Part shown: piece by piece, positions 18,287 to 27,234 of the stretch
Layout of the letters: each line of letters begins with the position of its first letter
How positions within the stretch are numbered: the stretch's first letter is position 1
From: a virus
IMG/VR virus record: IMGVR_UViG_3300016471_001132
Span: 32,001-96,000 of that record
Reading direction: 5' to 3' (one strand)
Length of the DNA: 64,000 nt
Made by a program: the position numbers and the translations under genes
Notes under the pieces: generated by a model
Told to the model about the DNA's origin: nothing
What the model saw: only the letters and a program-made list of their open reading frames with translations
Databases searched by the model: none

Positions 18287-18757
18287 TTATCCACCATGCA
18301 TGCCTTGCTTGATGATGTGTCGGAGATCGCCCAAGGCCTCTTCTTCAGTGTCATAGCCACTGTTGTCCTTGCCCGAAGCATAGTGCCGCATGTAGTATTG
18401 ACCAACACCGGCACTGGATTCTCTGTCGATACCGACTTCGCCCACGGGCTGGCCTTTGTGTTTGACGATCTTGCGTTGTTGATCGGCATGACCTTCCTGC
18501 ACAGGTTTGATTGGTCCACGCAAGGTATCTATGAGTTCACCCCCAAAATCGGGGTCTCTCATGATGGCACGCACCCGGATGTCGCTCATGCCCATGCGTA
18601 GGAGTTCACGAGCAGCATCACTGAGTATGTCATCTTCCGAGGCCTTCAGATAACTTTTACCAGGATTGTTGTCCAGCATGGCTCTGCTGACCTGATATAT
18701 GGTGTTGTCTTGGCCTTCCGCCACACCTTGTTCTACTAATATCTCGTTGATTCTCAT
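18287..18757 (-). CDS. Tagged two-module hypothetical protein
   Basis: Starts MRINEILVEQGVAEG; internal PVQEGHADQ linker. Confidence 0.75.
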   Translation of the reverse strand: MRINEILVEQGVAEGQDNTIYQVSRAMLDNNPGKSYLKASEDDILSDAARELLRMGMSDIRVRAIMRDPDFGGELIDTLRGPIKPVQEGHADQQRKIVKHKGQPVGEVGIDRESSAGVGQYYMRHYASGKDNSGYDTEEEALGDLRHIIKQGMHGG

Positions 18758-18804
18758 CTCTTCCACACTTTCTTCTTGTAGGCCAGGAACTGTTTGAACT
18801 GTTC
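18737..18804. repeat. 68-bp direct repeat, copy B
   Basis: Spans the junction of the 18754 and 18287 ORFs; 62/68 identical to 17800-17867. Confidence 0.9.
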
Positions 18805-19158
18805 CAGGGTTGATTCATACTTGGCCAGCATCTCGGCCATCTCACTATCGGTCCGGGGCACGGGCCAAGCACGGATCACATCCAAGTCTGCTTCGATGCC
18901 GGGATCCATGCCCAGTCTTGTGCGGCCGATGCGTTCGGCCGTTTTCTCTATCATGTTGGCCACTGCCAGGATTTTTTCCAGCCTGCGGATCTCTGCTTGT
19001 AATGTGGCCAAGTCCTTGCCAGGGGCAGCAGGCACAGGAGCCACTGATATCTGTGCCACTTGTTCGCCGGGCTGATTCATGGCCTGTTTGATCTGCGTGA
19101 GAGCAGCCATGGCTCGATCTGTCAGTGGTGCTTCTGTAAGTATTTCTTGTACTCTCAT
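18754..19158 (-). CDS. Tagged hypothetical helical protein
   Basis: Starts MRVQEILTE; TAATG overlap with the upstream giant ORF. Confidence 0.75.
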   Translation of the reverse strand: MRVQEILTEAPLTDRAMAALTQIKQAMNQPGEQVAQISVAPVPAAPGKDLATLQAEIRRLEKILAVANMIEKTAERIGRTRLGMDPGIEADLDVIRAWPVPRTDSEMAEMLAKYESTLEQFKQFLAYKKKVWKR

Positions 19159-22100
19159 TATCTCATCTCCGGCACTACTTCTGCTTCGTTGCCCAGCGTG
19201 CCTTGTCTATAACCTTGTTGTGCCAACCAGCGAGCAGCATATCTGTTGGCATCACTTTGCGAATTGCCTATGCCGTGGAATCTGGTAAGTTCACGCCCTT
19301 CAGCATCTCGCACGATCCAGTGGCCGGTCCACTCGCCCGGTGGCACATCAAGCCTGGCACGCACATCGTCAGCGTCTTGATTGTCATCTCTCTGCTGTTG
19401 GTTCTGTTGGCGTATGCGTTCCTGATCCATGCGATAGGTCTCGATCTCTTGTTGATCGGCCAGCCTGGCTCTGGCATCCTCATGACCAAAGTCGCTGTCT
19501 ATCATGGCGGCTTTTTGGATGGCTTCGGCTTGACTACGGGCCACGATGTTCTTTATCTTGCTGTGAAAGTTCACACGCCACAGTTGCTCGCCCACATCCC
19601 GGGTGCTGCGAGTCACACGCTTGGCCAACTCGGCTCTACGGCTGGGGGGTGCTTTGGGTTTTTTTGGTTCTTGGTGCACACGCACTTTCCACGTTGGATT
19701 CTGTGGTCTGAAGTTCGAATTGAAATATTTGATCGCTGCTTCGTCATCTTCGGCGTGGAATACACTGATCACGTTGCCAGATTCTGGGTCGTAGACATCA
19801 TAGTCTTTGTCGATGAAGGGAGGAATATCCTCTTCTTGCTCTGCATCCTGTTCGGCTCGCAGCACAGTTTCAGCCCACTGGCGCTTGAGTTCATCACCCG
19901 AGATGTAACCGGTGGAGTAGTCAGCGAACAATCGCATGAAAGGATCCTCGTCTTCGGTCTCGATACGGGTCTGGAATCTGGTATCCTTGGCACCTTTGGC
20001 TATCTCGGCACCTTTGTAGCCCGACAGCATTTTGTAGAGTTTCTTGGCATATTCTTTACGGTGCAGTTCGGGACTGCCGGCTATGCTCATGGCATAGGCC
20101 AAGCGTAACATGGTGTTTTCCAAGGTGCCTTCGATCTCGCTTTCTTTAGAGAGATAGTCTCCGCCAGGACCGCGGAACTCGATGTAGCCATCGTGTGGAT
20201 TCACGCTCACATACTTTTCGCCCAGCACACCACGCTGGAGTTCACGGTCGGCCAACTCGATGAGATTTTTCTTCATCAGTTCCATAACACCCGCGATCTG
20301 CTTGGGACCGGCTCTTTTCATGCTGGAGATCTTGTTTTGCAGTCGTTCGTAGGCGGACCGGGTGTAGTAGTTGCTGGCCCGGTCGAACTTGTCCAGCAGG
20401 TCCCGGTCGCCCATGAACAGGATCAGTTTGATGGGATCCACATCTCCGCCCTTGAACGGCAGACTCACGCCCATGTGCAGGCCGGTACTGCTGTTGGTAT
20501 AAGCATCACCGGAGCCATTGGCCCAGTCTATGACCTTGTTCAGTTGCTCGATGGCTTCAGGCAAGGGCATGGGAGGTGATACGATCTCCAAGCCGTAGTC
20601 TTCCGAGTCATCGGCATCCAGGCTGCCATCGGGTTCGATCACATAATAATCGCCACGACGGGTGCCGTGATAGCCCGAGCTCACACGCACATCCAGGCCA
20701 GTGGCACGCTCCAGGCTGTTGGCGATGTCCCGCCATTCACGCTCGCCACCATTGCCACCGCCTTCGGTCCAGTAGGGCCATTCCAGGCTCCACTCGTTGC
20801 TGACATCACTCATGTAGCGCATGCCCGAACTATCTAGCCAATCGGCTTGGTCGGCTTCGGCAGCATATTCGTCATAGAGTTCTTCCCTAGCACGGTCATA
20901 CCAGTCGCCACTGCGATCCCAATCACGCTCGGCATCGTCACGGAACAGTTGAACGGCCTGCTTTTCCAGTTCTTCATCTGAGATTTCTTCGTCGCCCAGG
21001 GCATCACGGGCCTGCTCTCGATATTCGTCGTCGACTTCGGGCCAGATGTTGTCATCGACCCAACTCATGTATCGATCCATGTCAAAGTAGTTTTCGATGA
21101 AACTGTCGTTGACCCAGTCATAGAACTGTTCAGTCAAATCTTGCGACAAGCGATCGGCCGCTCGGGCCGAAATACCATTGTCGCCGCCACGGAAGAAGTC
21201 GATGATTTCTTGGATGCTGGATGCACGCTCGTCCATGTCCCAGTCGGGCTCGCTCTCGCCACCGTCGCCGTCGTGCTGGGTGTCGCGGAATATGAGTTCG
21301 GCCTCGAAGCCAGCACGGATACCCTTGGCAGCATCACTGTTGAGGAATTTTTTGAACGCCGATGGACTCATCTCTACTTCCATGAGATCTTCATCTTCAG
21401 CAAGGCTTTCTACACTGAATGGACTCATATCTTCTACTGGAATAATTTTGGCTGTGATGGCAGGTTGTTTGGTCAGGATGGCTTTATGTGCCCTATGCGT
21501 TCCGTCAGCGATCCATAAACTACCATTCTTCCGTCGAACCACGATAATGGGATACTTGAGATCGGCTTTTGCCACTCGAGATTGCGATTGTGCAGGGTCT
21601 TCTTCGCGACCAACAATTTGGTCGTGGAACTGCGTAGGATCGACTTTTTCAGTTGGATATTTTGCAGCAAAATCTACTAAATCTTTTATGTTGAAACGGA
21701 ATGATTCGCCATCAATACCAATACCTGCAGTTTGATCCAGGCCAGATCCTTCCGACACTTTCACACAGTTGGGAACCTGGCGGTCGCCCTTCCGTTTCAT
21801 ACCTTGTTGTTTGTATCCTGACCAGCAATCTTCGTCGGTCTTGACGCTCTCTAATAGATTGTTCAACTTCTTCATCAGCAGCGGAGGAACACCAGCGGCG
21901 TCGGTCTTGAATCCCATCTTCCGAGCCTGGCGTTGGATCTCACCTGGTTTTATATCCTGCGTGATGGCCATGCTATATCTTGGATCTCGCGCTTCTCGGT
22001 CGTCGATGGGAATGTAGCCGGTGGCTTCGTTCACAGGCTGTTCACCAGCAGCACGGATGTCGGGTATGGGCAAGCGTGTGGGTTGATCAGTGTGACCACC

Positions 22101-23984
22101 TTGACGACGCAGCCAGTTATGGAACTCTTGCGCAAATTCAGCCTTGACATCAGGAGAACGAAGTTGACTGGCACCATAGATCCAGCGAGCGGCATTCAAG
22201 ATCTTGGCAGCAGTCACAGGCTCTTGTGGTTGTGCTGTAGGCTCTTGTGCCTGTACGAAACTGGCAGCAGCAGCGAACACAGCGGTCAACAAGGCTTTGG
22301 ACACTGCACCTTCGGCCACTTGGCCCTTCATCTTCATCACTGCCGCAAAGCTAGTCAGGAACTGCTGTTCGGCTTTGGAGAGAGGACGACCCATGCGGGC
22401 TTTGCCCTGTAAGAAGTCATAGTACTGTTTGATGTGCCGGGGATCTTGGCTTACAGGAGTCTGGATGGCTTCGTCTAGTTCACCGGCAAATATCTCAGGA
22501 TGATGCTCGCGGAAGTCACGCATGATGCGACCGGCTAGAGCGTTGGCCTCGTCTTCGAATCTGCTGCCAGTCTCACCACCATCGGCTGGAATACCTTCGC
22601 GCTCTTCTTGGTGATGATGCACCAGTTCGTGTGCTAATGTACGCATGACATCGGCCATGTGTCGTCCAGCCACACTGACTTCTAATGTATTATTGTCAGG
22701 ATCATAATGACCGAATGTGCCATTGACTTGGCTCCATTGTGGATCTCGGCGTATTTTGATTTTGGGACACGATTCGATTCCTAGTTTATCACAAACATAT
22801 TCTGTGAATTTTTGCAAGATAGACGCCGAGCTCTGCTGCTCGTCCATCCGGTATTCCGCTTCAGGATCTTTGTTCTTGGCTCGGCGATCTATATCCAGGG
22901 TCTTCATGCCCAAGCGGTCTAGATCCTTCTTGTACATGTGTTCGATAGGCTCGCTACCAAAACTCAGCACAGTTTGCGGAGCACCTTTGCCATAGGCCTT
23001 GGGGTCAGCATGTTTGAGATCGCTGATATCCTGTCCCAGTTTGTACCAATCATAAACATCACTTACATTGACCAATATTGTACCTGCTGGCATCTCGGGT
23101 TTGAACTCAGGTCCAGGTGGTTCAGCATTGGGATCATAATCTTCTTTCGTGCTTTCGCCACCACCATCACCACCGCCATCTGTGGCAGCATCACTACCAC
23201 CATAATAATGATAGCCTGGGAACCAGTAAGCACCATAGCCGTAACGGGTTTTCTTCTTTTTGGTTTTGCGCTCGTCAAGGCTCATCATCGAGTCTTTGGC
23301 TTCTTTTCTGGCATCACGTAGTTTTTCTAGTGTACCGTTGCCACGAAGTATTTTGAATGCTAGATTCTCCGGGCCAAACTCGCCAGTGGTCTCCAATCCA
23401 GCCTGCCGCATCTCTCGGATCTTGGCAGCCATTGCGTCCATCCGGCCAAGATCACCACTCTTGATGGCTTGTTCTATGCGTTGCCCTATGTCTTCGTATT
23501 TGCTCCGGACAGAGATATCATCCACTGTGGGCCGGCGGCGTGCAGGGACCTTGATCCAGTCATTGTTGAGGACCGAGTAGATGCCTTGGCTCACATGCGG
23601 CTGGTTGGCGTTTTGCACATACAGCTCTACATCGTAGCCGCCGATCTTGTAGTCGTGCTGATCGTTATATTGGTACTTTTTGGCATCAAAAAGCTCGCGG
23701 TAGACATCGCTGGCATCAGCTCGAGGTAGGTCTACCACCAGATGCAAATCGATGTCCGAATGTGGTGTATATGTGTAAGCAGCGTTTGATCCAGAGATCG
23801 TTATATCTTTGATCTCGAGATCGGTGATGCCCAGGCTTTCGCGGAAATCATCTGCTATCTGTAGAAGCTTTTGCCGCACTTCGGGCAAGAGATGTTCATC
23901 TGAACCCCACAGTCGGGGGTTCAGATTATCATTGAATTTTACAGCGTCGGAAAGACGATAGGTTTCTAACTCACGGAGGTCCAT
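19158..23984 (-). CDS. 1608-aa polyprotein: nucleotidyltransferase + HExxH metallopeptidase + ParB-like + putative amidoligase + small modules
   Basis: ISGSNA..SDIDLH (Pol-beta NTase); TLAHELVHH..EDEAN; YPIIV..IADGTHR; GFEAEL..GLEIVSPP..STGLHMG..YIEFRGPG. Confidence 0.8.
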   Translation of the reverse strand: MDLRELETYRLSDAVKFNDNLNPRLWGSDEHLLPEVRQKLLQIADDFRESLGITDLEIKDITISGSNAAYTYTPHSDIDLHLVVDLPRADASDVYRELFDAKKYQYNDQHDYKIGGYDVELYVQNANQPHVSQGIYSVLNNDWIKVPARRRPTVDDISVRSKYEDIGQRIEQAIKSGDLGRMDAMAAKIREMRQAGLETTGEFGPENLAFKILRGNGTLEKLRDARKEAKDSMMSLDERKTKKKKTRYGYGAYWFPGYHYYGGSDAATDGGGDGGGESTKEDYDPNAEPPGPEFKPEMPAGTILVNVSDVYDWYKLGQDISDLKHADPKAYGKGAPQTVLSFGSEPIEHMYKKDLDRLGMKTLDIDRRAKNKDPEAEYRMDEQQSSASILQKFTEYVCDKLGIESCPKIKIRRDPQWSQVNGTFGHYDPDNNTLEVSVAGRHMADVMRTLAHELVHHHQEEREGIPADGGETGSRFEDEANALAGRIMRDFREHHPEIFAGELDEAIQTPVSQDPRHIKQYYDFLQGKARMGRPLSKAEQQFLTSFAAVMKMKGQVAEGAVSKALLTAVFAAAASFVQAQEPTAQPQEPVTAAKILNAARWIYGASQLRSPDVKAEFAQEFHNWLRRQGGHTDQPTRLPIPDIRAAGEQPVNEATGYIPIDDREARDPRYSMAITQDIKPGEIQRQARKMGFKTDAAGVPPLLMKKLNNLLESVKTDEDCWSGYKQQGMKRKGDRQVPNCVKVSEGSGLDQTAGIGIDGESFRFNIKDLVDFAAKYPTEKVDPTQFHDQIVGREEDPAQSQSRVAKADLKYPIIVVRRKNGSLWIADGTHRAHKAILTKQPAITAKIIPVEDMSPFSVESLAEDEDLMEVEMSPSAFKKFLNSDAAKGIRAGFEAELIFRDTQHDGDGGESEPDWDMDERASSIQEIIDFFRGGDNGISARAADRLSQDLTEQFYDWVNDSFIENYFDMDRYMSWVDDNIWPEVDDEYREQARDALGDEEISDEELEKQAVQLFRDDAERDWDRSGDWYDRAREELYDEYAAEADQADWLDSSGMRYMSDVSNEWSLEWPYWTEGGGNGGEREWRDIANSLERATGLDVRVSSGYHGTRRGDYYVIEPDGSLDADDSEDYGLEIVSPPMPLPEAIEQLNKVIDWANGSGDAYTNSSTGLHMGVSLPFKGGDVDPIKLILFMGDRDLLDKFDRASNYYTRSAYERLQNKISSMKRAGPKQIAGVMELMKKNLIELADRELQRGVLGEKYVSVNPHDGYIEFRGPGGDYLSKESEIEGTLENTMLRLAYAMSIAGSPELHRKEYAKKLYKMLSGYKGAEIAKGAKDTRFQTRIETEDEDPFMRLFADYSTGYISGDELKRQWAETVLRAEQDAEQEEDIPPFIDKDYDVYDPESGNVISVFHAEDDEAAIKYFNSNFRPQNPTWKVRVHQEPKKPKAPPSRRAELAKRVTRSTRDVGEQLWRVNFHSKIKNIVARSQAEAIQKAAMIDSDFGHEDARARLADQQEIETYRMDQERIRQQNQQQRDDNQDADDVRARLDVPPGEWTGHWIVRDAEGRELTRFHGIGNSQSDANRYAARWLAQQGYRQGTLGNEAEVVPEMR

Positions 23985-23989
23985 GAGTG

Positions 23990-23995
23990 TATTTA
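23990..23995 (-). promoter_or_regulatory. Late-type promoter TAAATA (example of ~20 copies)
   Basis: GGTAAATACACTCATG before the 1608-aa ORF; same motif at 6826, 7242, 8260, 12012, 13810, 24901, 26251, 27232, 30593, 33124, 38284, 42558, 44884, 46128, 49958, 53920, 54800, 61628 (minus) and 38396 (plus). Confidence 0.7.
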
Positions 23996-23998
23996 CCG

Positions 23999-24874
23999 CT
24001 AGGCTGTTTTAGCCTCTGTAGGTTCAGCCGCTGCCACAGGGGTGGGTTGATTGCTACCCAGCACCCTGGGCTTGGTGGGAGGAGCAACACTGGCAGGCGG
24101 ATTAGGCACATTGACCGCCCCTGCTGTGCCGTTTTGCAGGGCGATCTCATGCAGCTGTCGGTACAAGGGTTCCTGTGCGTTGAAATCAAACACATAGGTT
24201 CCGGTGTGACGCAGCAACACACGCTTGTCTACCCAGACTTTTCCACCGAGATCTCGCCAGTTCTCACAGAATGTCCAATCTTCTGAGTAATAACGATTTT
24301 CGCGCACTGCTGTATCGTAATAAGTGCGAAGATATTGATCCAGTTCTTTGGGTAGGCCAATGTCGTTGTTGAATGGTTTCACAGCTGGGTGGTCGTTGAG
24401 TTTTTCAAACACATGACGCTTGACCAACATAAAACCTGTTCCAGTCTTGGATACTTCTTGCAATCCGTCGGGCCCGGTCTCGGCACCATCGAATCCATTG
24501 ACTACCCACTTGATGGGCAGGGTCTTCATGGGATAAAGTCCCCCGATGACGTCCACATCGCGGTTCAGCATGACCAGCAGATGCCAGGGTTCCCAACCGA
24601 TGTCGGCATCGATGAACATGAGATGAGTTGATGTGGGATTCGAAAGGAATTTGGCCACAAGGGTGTTGCGAGCCCGGCTGATCAACGACTCGTTGGTCAT
24701 GGTCTCCATGGTCCACTCGATGCCCAACTGGCGGCAGGTGTTGGCCCATTTGATGTAACTCATGAAAGTGGATTCTGTGAGCATGCCACCGTAGCAGGGC
24801 ATGCAGATGTGTGGTCTGCAGGTACGCAGATAATCCACATTGACTTGTACTTGGGTTTGAGTTTGTTCGGACAT
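23999..24874 (-). CDS. GT-A fold (GT2-like) glycosyltransferase
   Basis: ICMPCYGG, ISRARN, LMFIDADIGW (DxD), SEDWTFC. Confidence 0.75.
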   Translation of the reverse strand: MSEQTQTQVQVNVDYLRTCRPHICMPCYGGMLTESTFMSYIKWANTCRQLGIEWTMETMTNESLISRARNTLVAKFLSNPTSTHLMFIDADIGWEPWHLLVMLNRDVDVIGGLYPMKTLPIKWVVNGFDGAETGPDGLQEVSKTGTGFMLVKRHVFEKLNDHPAVKPFNNDIGLPKELDQYLRTYYDTAVRENRYYSEDWTFCENWRDLGGKVWVDKRVLLRHTGTYVFDFNAQEPLYRQLHEIALQNGTAGAVNVPNPPASVAPPTKPRVLGSNQPTPVAAAEPTEAKTA

Positions 24875-24933
24875 TGTGTTCCTCGTGGTTGATTATATGA
24901 TATTTAACGGCGCATATTACGGCCGATATATTT

Positions 24934-25002
24934 TCAACCTAAAGGAACACGCACAGGAACGTTGATGGGATTGGGAGGACTGCGACGGCCCGGTCTGGGC
25001 AT
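24934..25002 (-). CDS. Possible 22-aa Pro/Arg micro-ORF
   Basis: MPRPGRRSPPNPINVPVRVPLG in the intergenic gap; no clear RBS. Confidence 0.3.
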   Translation of the reverse strand: MPRPGRRSPPNPINVPVRVPLG

Positions 25003-25015
25003 GTTGGGAATAGGG

Positions 25016-26245
25016 CTAGGATGCCTGACCATCTGACCGTTTCTCGTCGAGATAGTCTGACATTTCTATTTCTCGTCCACGGGCCAGGGGACGGCGGCCC
25101 TGTTTTTTCTGGAAGGCCTCATATTCGGCCAAGGCACGCACTAGATTTTCTACCACTCCGGCCTTGTACAGCACATGATACAATCCTGAGTAGTTTTTGT
25201 TCTTGACCATGTTGACCATGTCCCCAAACTTGCGAGCGAGATTGGATACCATAGATTGCTCGTCCCAGGTGCCCATGCCACCTTCGGGCTGTATCCTGTG
25301 ACCAGCGTCAGGATCATTGATCAGTACTGCTTCTTTTAGTGCTTGTTGGGCCATGGGATCTTTCATGGCTGTAGCAAGATCTTGTGGCGGAGTCTTTGTT
25401 ACATATTGTGCAAGATGATCTCCAACTGTCAATCGCACACGATATTCACCTTTGGCATTGGGACCTGTCACACTGAATATGTTTTCATCAGATTGATCAC
25501 CCACGGTTTGTCGTTGACTGTCAACTGATTGACTTTGCTGCGCCAAACGATCCCAACTTGGATCTGTGGGCGATGTTGCTGCTTTACCACCCATGGCACC
25601 AAGAGCTATAGAACCAGCCAAAGCACCAGTGGCCAGGGCTTTGCCTATGCCTTCTTCGACTGCACTGCCCATGATCTCATCTAGCATAGAAACGATCTTG
25701 CCGGCAGCCGCATCTTTGCCAGCTGTGCTAGGGTACAAAACATTGACCAGCGATATCTTTTCTTCAGGAGTCATCTCAGGCCATTTGGCACGGATCTCAG
25801 TGGCAGAGGTCATGCCTGGACCAAACTGTACTGTGGGCAGGTATGCCATGTAACCGTGTTTGCTGAAAGGTTGTAAGCCATTCCGTTTGTAAGGTTGTAG
25901 ATAGGACGGTGATCCGTCTTTTTTAACACCACCGGCCTGAGGCTGTTTCTGGGCGTCTTTTTCACTGCGAACGAATATCAAGGCAGTGTCATCGGGATCA
26001 TACATCTGCGTGATCTCTTCGGCCTTGAAAGGTGATTTAACGCGGATGAATCTGTTGCCGGGCACCCCGGCTTGTTGTGCCAGGAATTTCTTGGTCTTGA
26101 AAGGAAATGGCCTTCCAGAAGTGTCGTCGGTGGCAGCCACGAAAACATCTGCCGAGGGAAATGCAGCTCGTGCTGCATCGTACAGGGCCATGTGCCCAGC
26201 ATGGAAAGGGTGGAAACCACCTGGCATGATCACGATCTTTTTCAT
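25016..26245 (-). CDS. HIGH-family nucleotidyl/cytidyltransferase with appended modules
   Basis: IMPGGFHPFHAGH, TSATEIR; extra modules after AVEEG and LKEA. Confidence 0.8.
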   Translation of the reverse strand: MKKIVIMPGGFHPFHAGHMALYDAARAAFPSADVFVAATDDTSGRPFPFKTKKFLAQQAGVPGNRFIRVKSPFKAEEITQMYDPDDTALIFVRSEKDAQKQPQAGGVKKDGSPSYLQPYKRNGLQPFSKHGYMAYLPTVQFGPGMTSATEIRAKWPEMTPEEKISLVNVLYPSTAGKDAAAGKIVSMLDEIMGSAVEEGIGKALATGALAGSIALGAMGGKAATSPTDPSWDRLAQQSQSVDSQRQTVGDQSDENIFSVTGPNAKGEYRVRLTVGDHLAQYVTKTPPQDLATAMKDPMAQQALKEAVLINDPDAGHRIQPEGGMGTWDEQSMVSNLARKFGDMVNMVKNKNYSGLYHVLYKAGVVENLVRALAEYEAFQKKQGRRPLARGREIEMSDYLDEKRSDGQAS

Positions 26246-26260
26246 ACCAGTATTTACCGT

Positions 26261-26695
26261 TTACATGTTTTCCAGCAACCAGAGGTATACAGGTGTGGTG
26301 AAATTGAAGTCTACCCGACCGTTGCAACCCATTGTTCCATAGAAAGGAACAGTGACCAGGTCCGAAGTTCCATTGAGATCGTGGGTGTACTGTGCTGTTT
26401 TTGTGAAAACATATCCTAGTTCTATGTCATCGATGCGCACATCGGTGATTTCTATCACACGATCTTCCAGTATCTGTCCTTGGTCGTCGATCTTGGTGTG
26501 ATCCATTTGTTTGCCGCTCATGACTAATGTGAGGCAATGTTCTGTTTCCACATCATCATTGATCTGTAGAGATATTTTTTGATCTTCTGCTGTGGGTTGA
26601 ACTACTTGGATTTGTTGTCCATCCAGTATCACAGTGAGATATAGATCACTACCCGTGGATCGTACCGAAAAAGCGATTTCTGCTTGCTGCATCAA
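26261..26695 (-). CDS. Hypothetical protein
   Basis: 144 aa, coupled to the upstream gene. Confidence 0.7.
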   Translation of the reverse strand: MMQQAEIAFSVRSTGSDLYLTVILDGQQIQVVQPTAEDQKISLQINDDVETEHCLTLVMSGKQMDHTKIDDQGQILEDRVIEITDVRIDDIELGYVFTKTAQYTHDLNGTSDLVTVPFYGTMGCNGRVDFNFTTPVYLWLLENM

Positions 26696-27060
26696 TACGC
26701 CATGGTCACATAGTTGATGGTACCCGCAGTGAAATCCAACACCCTGGCACGGATCCAGGTGAAGTTTCCGGTGATGTTCCTAGCGAAGTTTTCGGTGACC
26801 TGTGTGCTGGCGGTATCGAACTCGTTGACCAGGAACCAGTCGGTTTCTGCAGTGGGATCCGAGTCCAGACTGGCTTGGATGTGGATCTTGCCTTCAAAAT
26901 TCGTGAGGTAAAAGGCGATGGTCTGCAAGCCACCAAATCCACCGTAGTAGTTGGCTGCCTGCTGTCGATCCCCATCGAAATCCAAGCTGGACCCATCGTA
27001 GTTGCCAGACGGAGTACCGTGGGAAGTGGTGGGTAGCAGTTCAAGCGTGGTGGTTTTCAT
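26692..27060 (-). CDS. Hypothetical beta-sandwich protein
   Basis: 122 aa; FEGKIHIQASL..DWF..WIRARV. Confidence 0.7.
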   Translation of the reverse strand: MKTTTLELLPTTSHGTPSGNYDGSSLDFDGDRQQAANYYGGFGGLQTIAFYLTNFEGKIHIQASLDSDPTAETDWFLVNEFDTASTQVTENFARNITGNFTWIRARVLDFTAGTINYVTMAY

Positions 27061-27224
27061 TTATCGATAGCCAGTTCTACCAGGGTGTTGGCACCGGCCA
27101 GTTCCTGGATCACTGCTTCAAGATTGGCCACAGCATCGGGTCCCATGATGGGTGTGCTTTGCTCGGCATCCTTGAGCAGTTTGCTTACTTTTACAACTAT
27201 GATTTCTTCTTGGATTTTAGCCAT
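27057..27224 (-). CDS. 55-aa hypothetical protein (not in the ORF track)
   Basis: MAKIQEEIIVVKVSKLLKD...LAIDK; TAAATA upstream; ATGA overlap downstream. Confidence 0.7.
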   Translation of the reverse strand: MAKIQEEIIVVKVSKLLKDAEQSTPIMGPDAVANLEAVIQELAGANTLVELAIDK

Positions 27225-27234
27225 AGTGTTTTAT

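Noticed and set aside
19158-23984. Calling the NTase a cGAS/DncV-like (CBASS) cyclase
   Set aside because: Only the generic Pol-beta GS/DxD motif is visible and there are no adjacent CBASS effectors, so the subfamily cannot be assigned.
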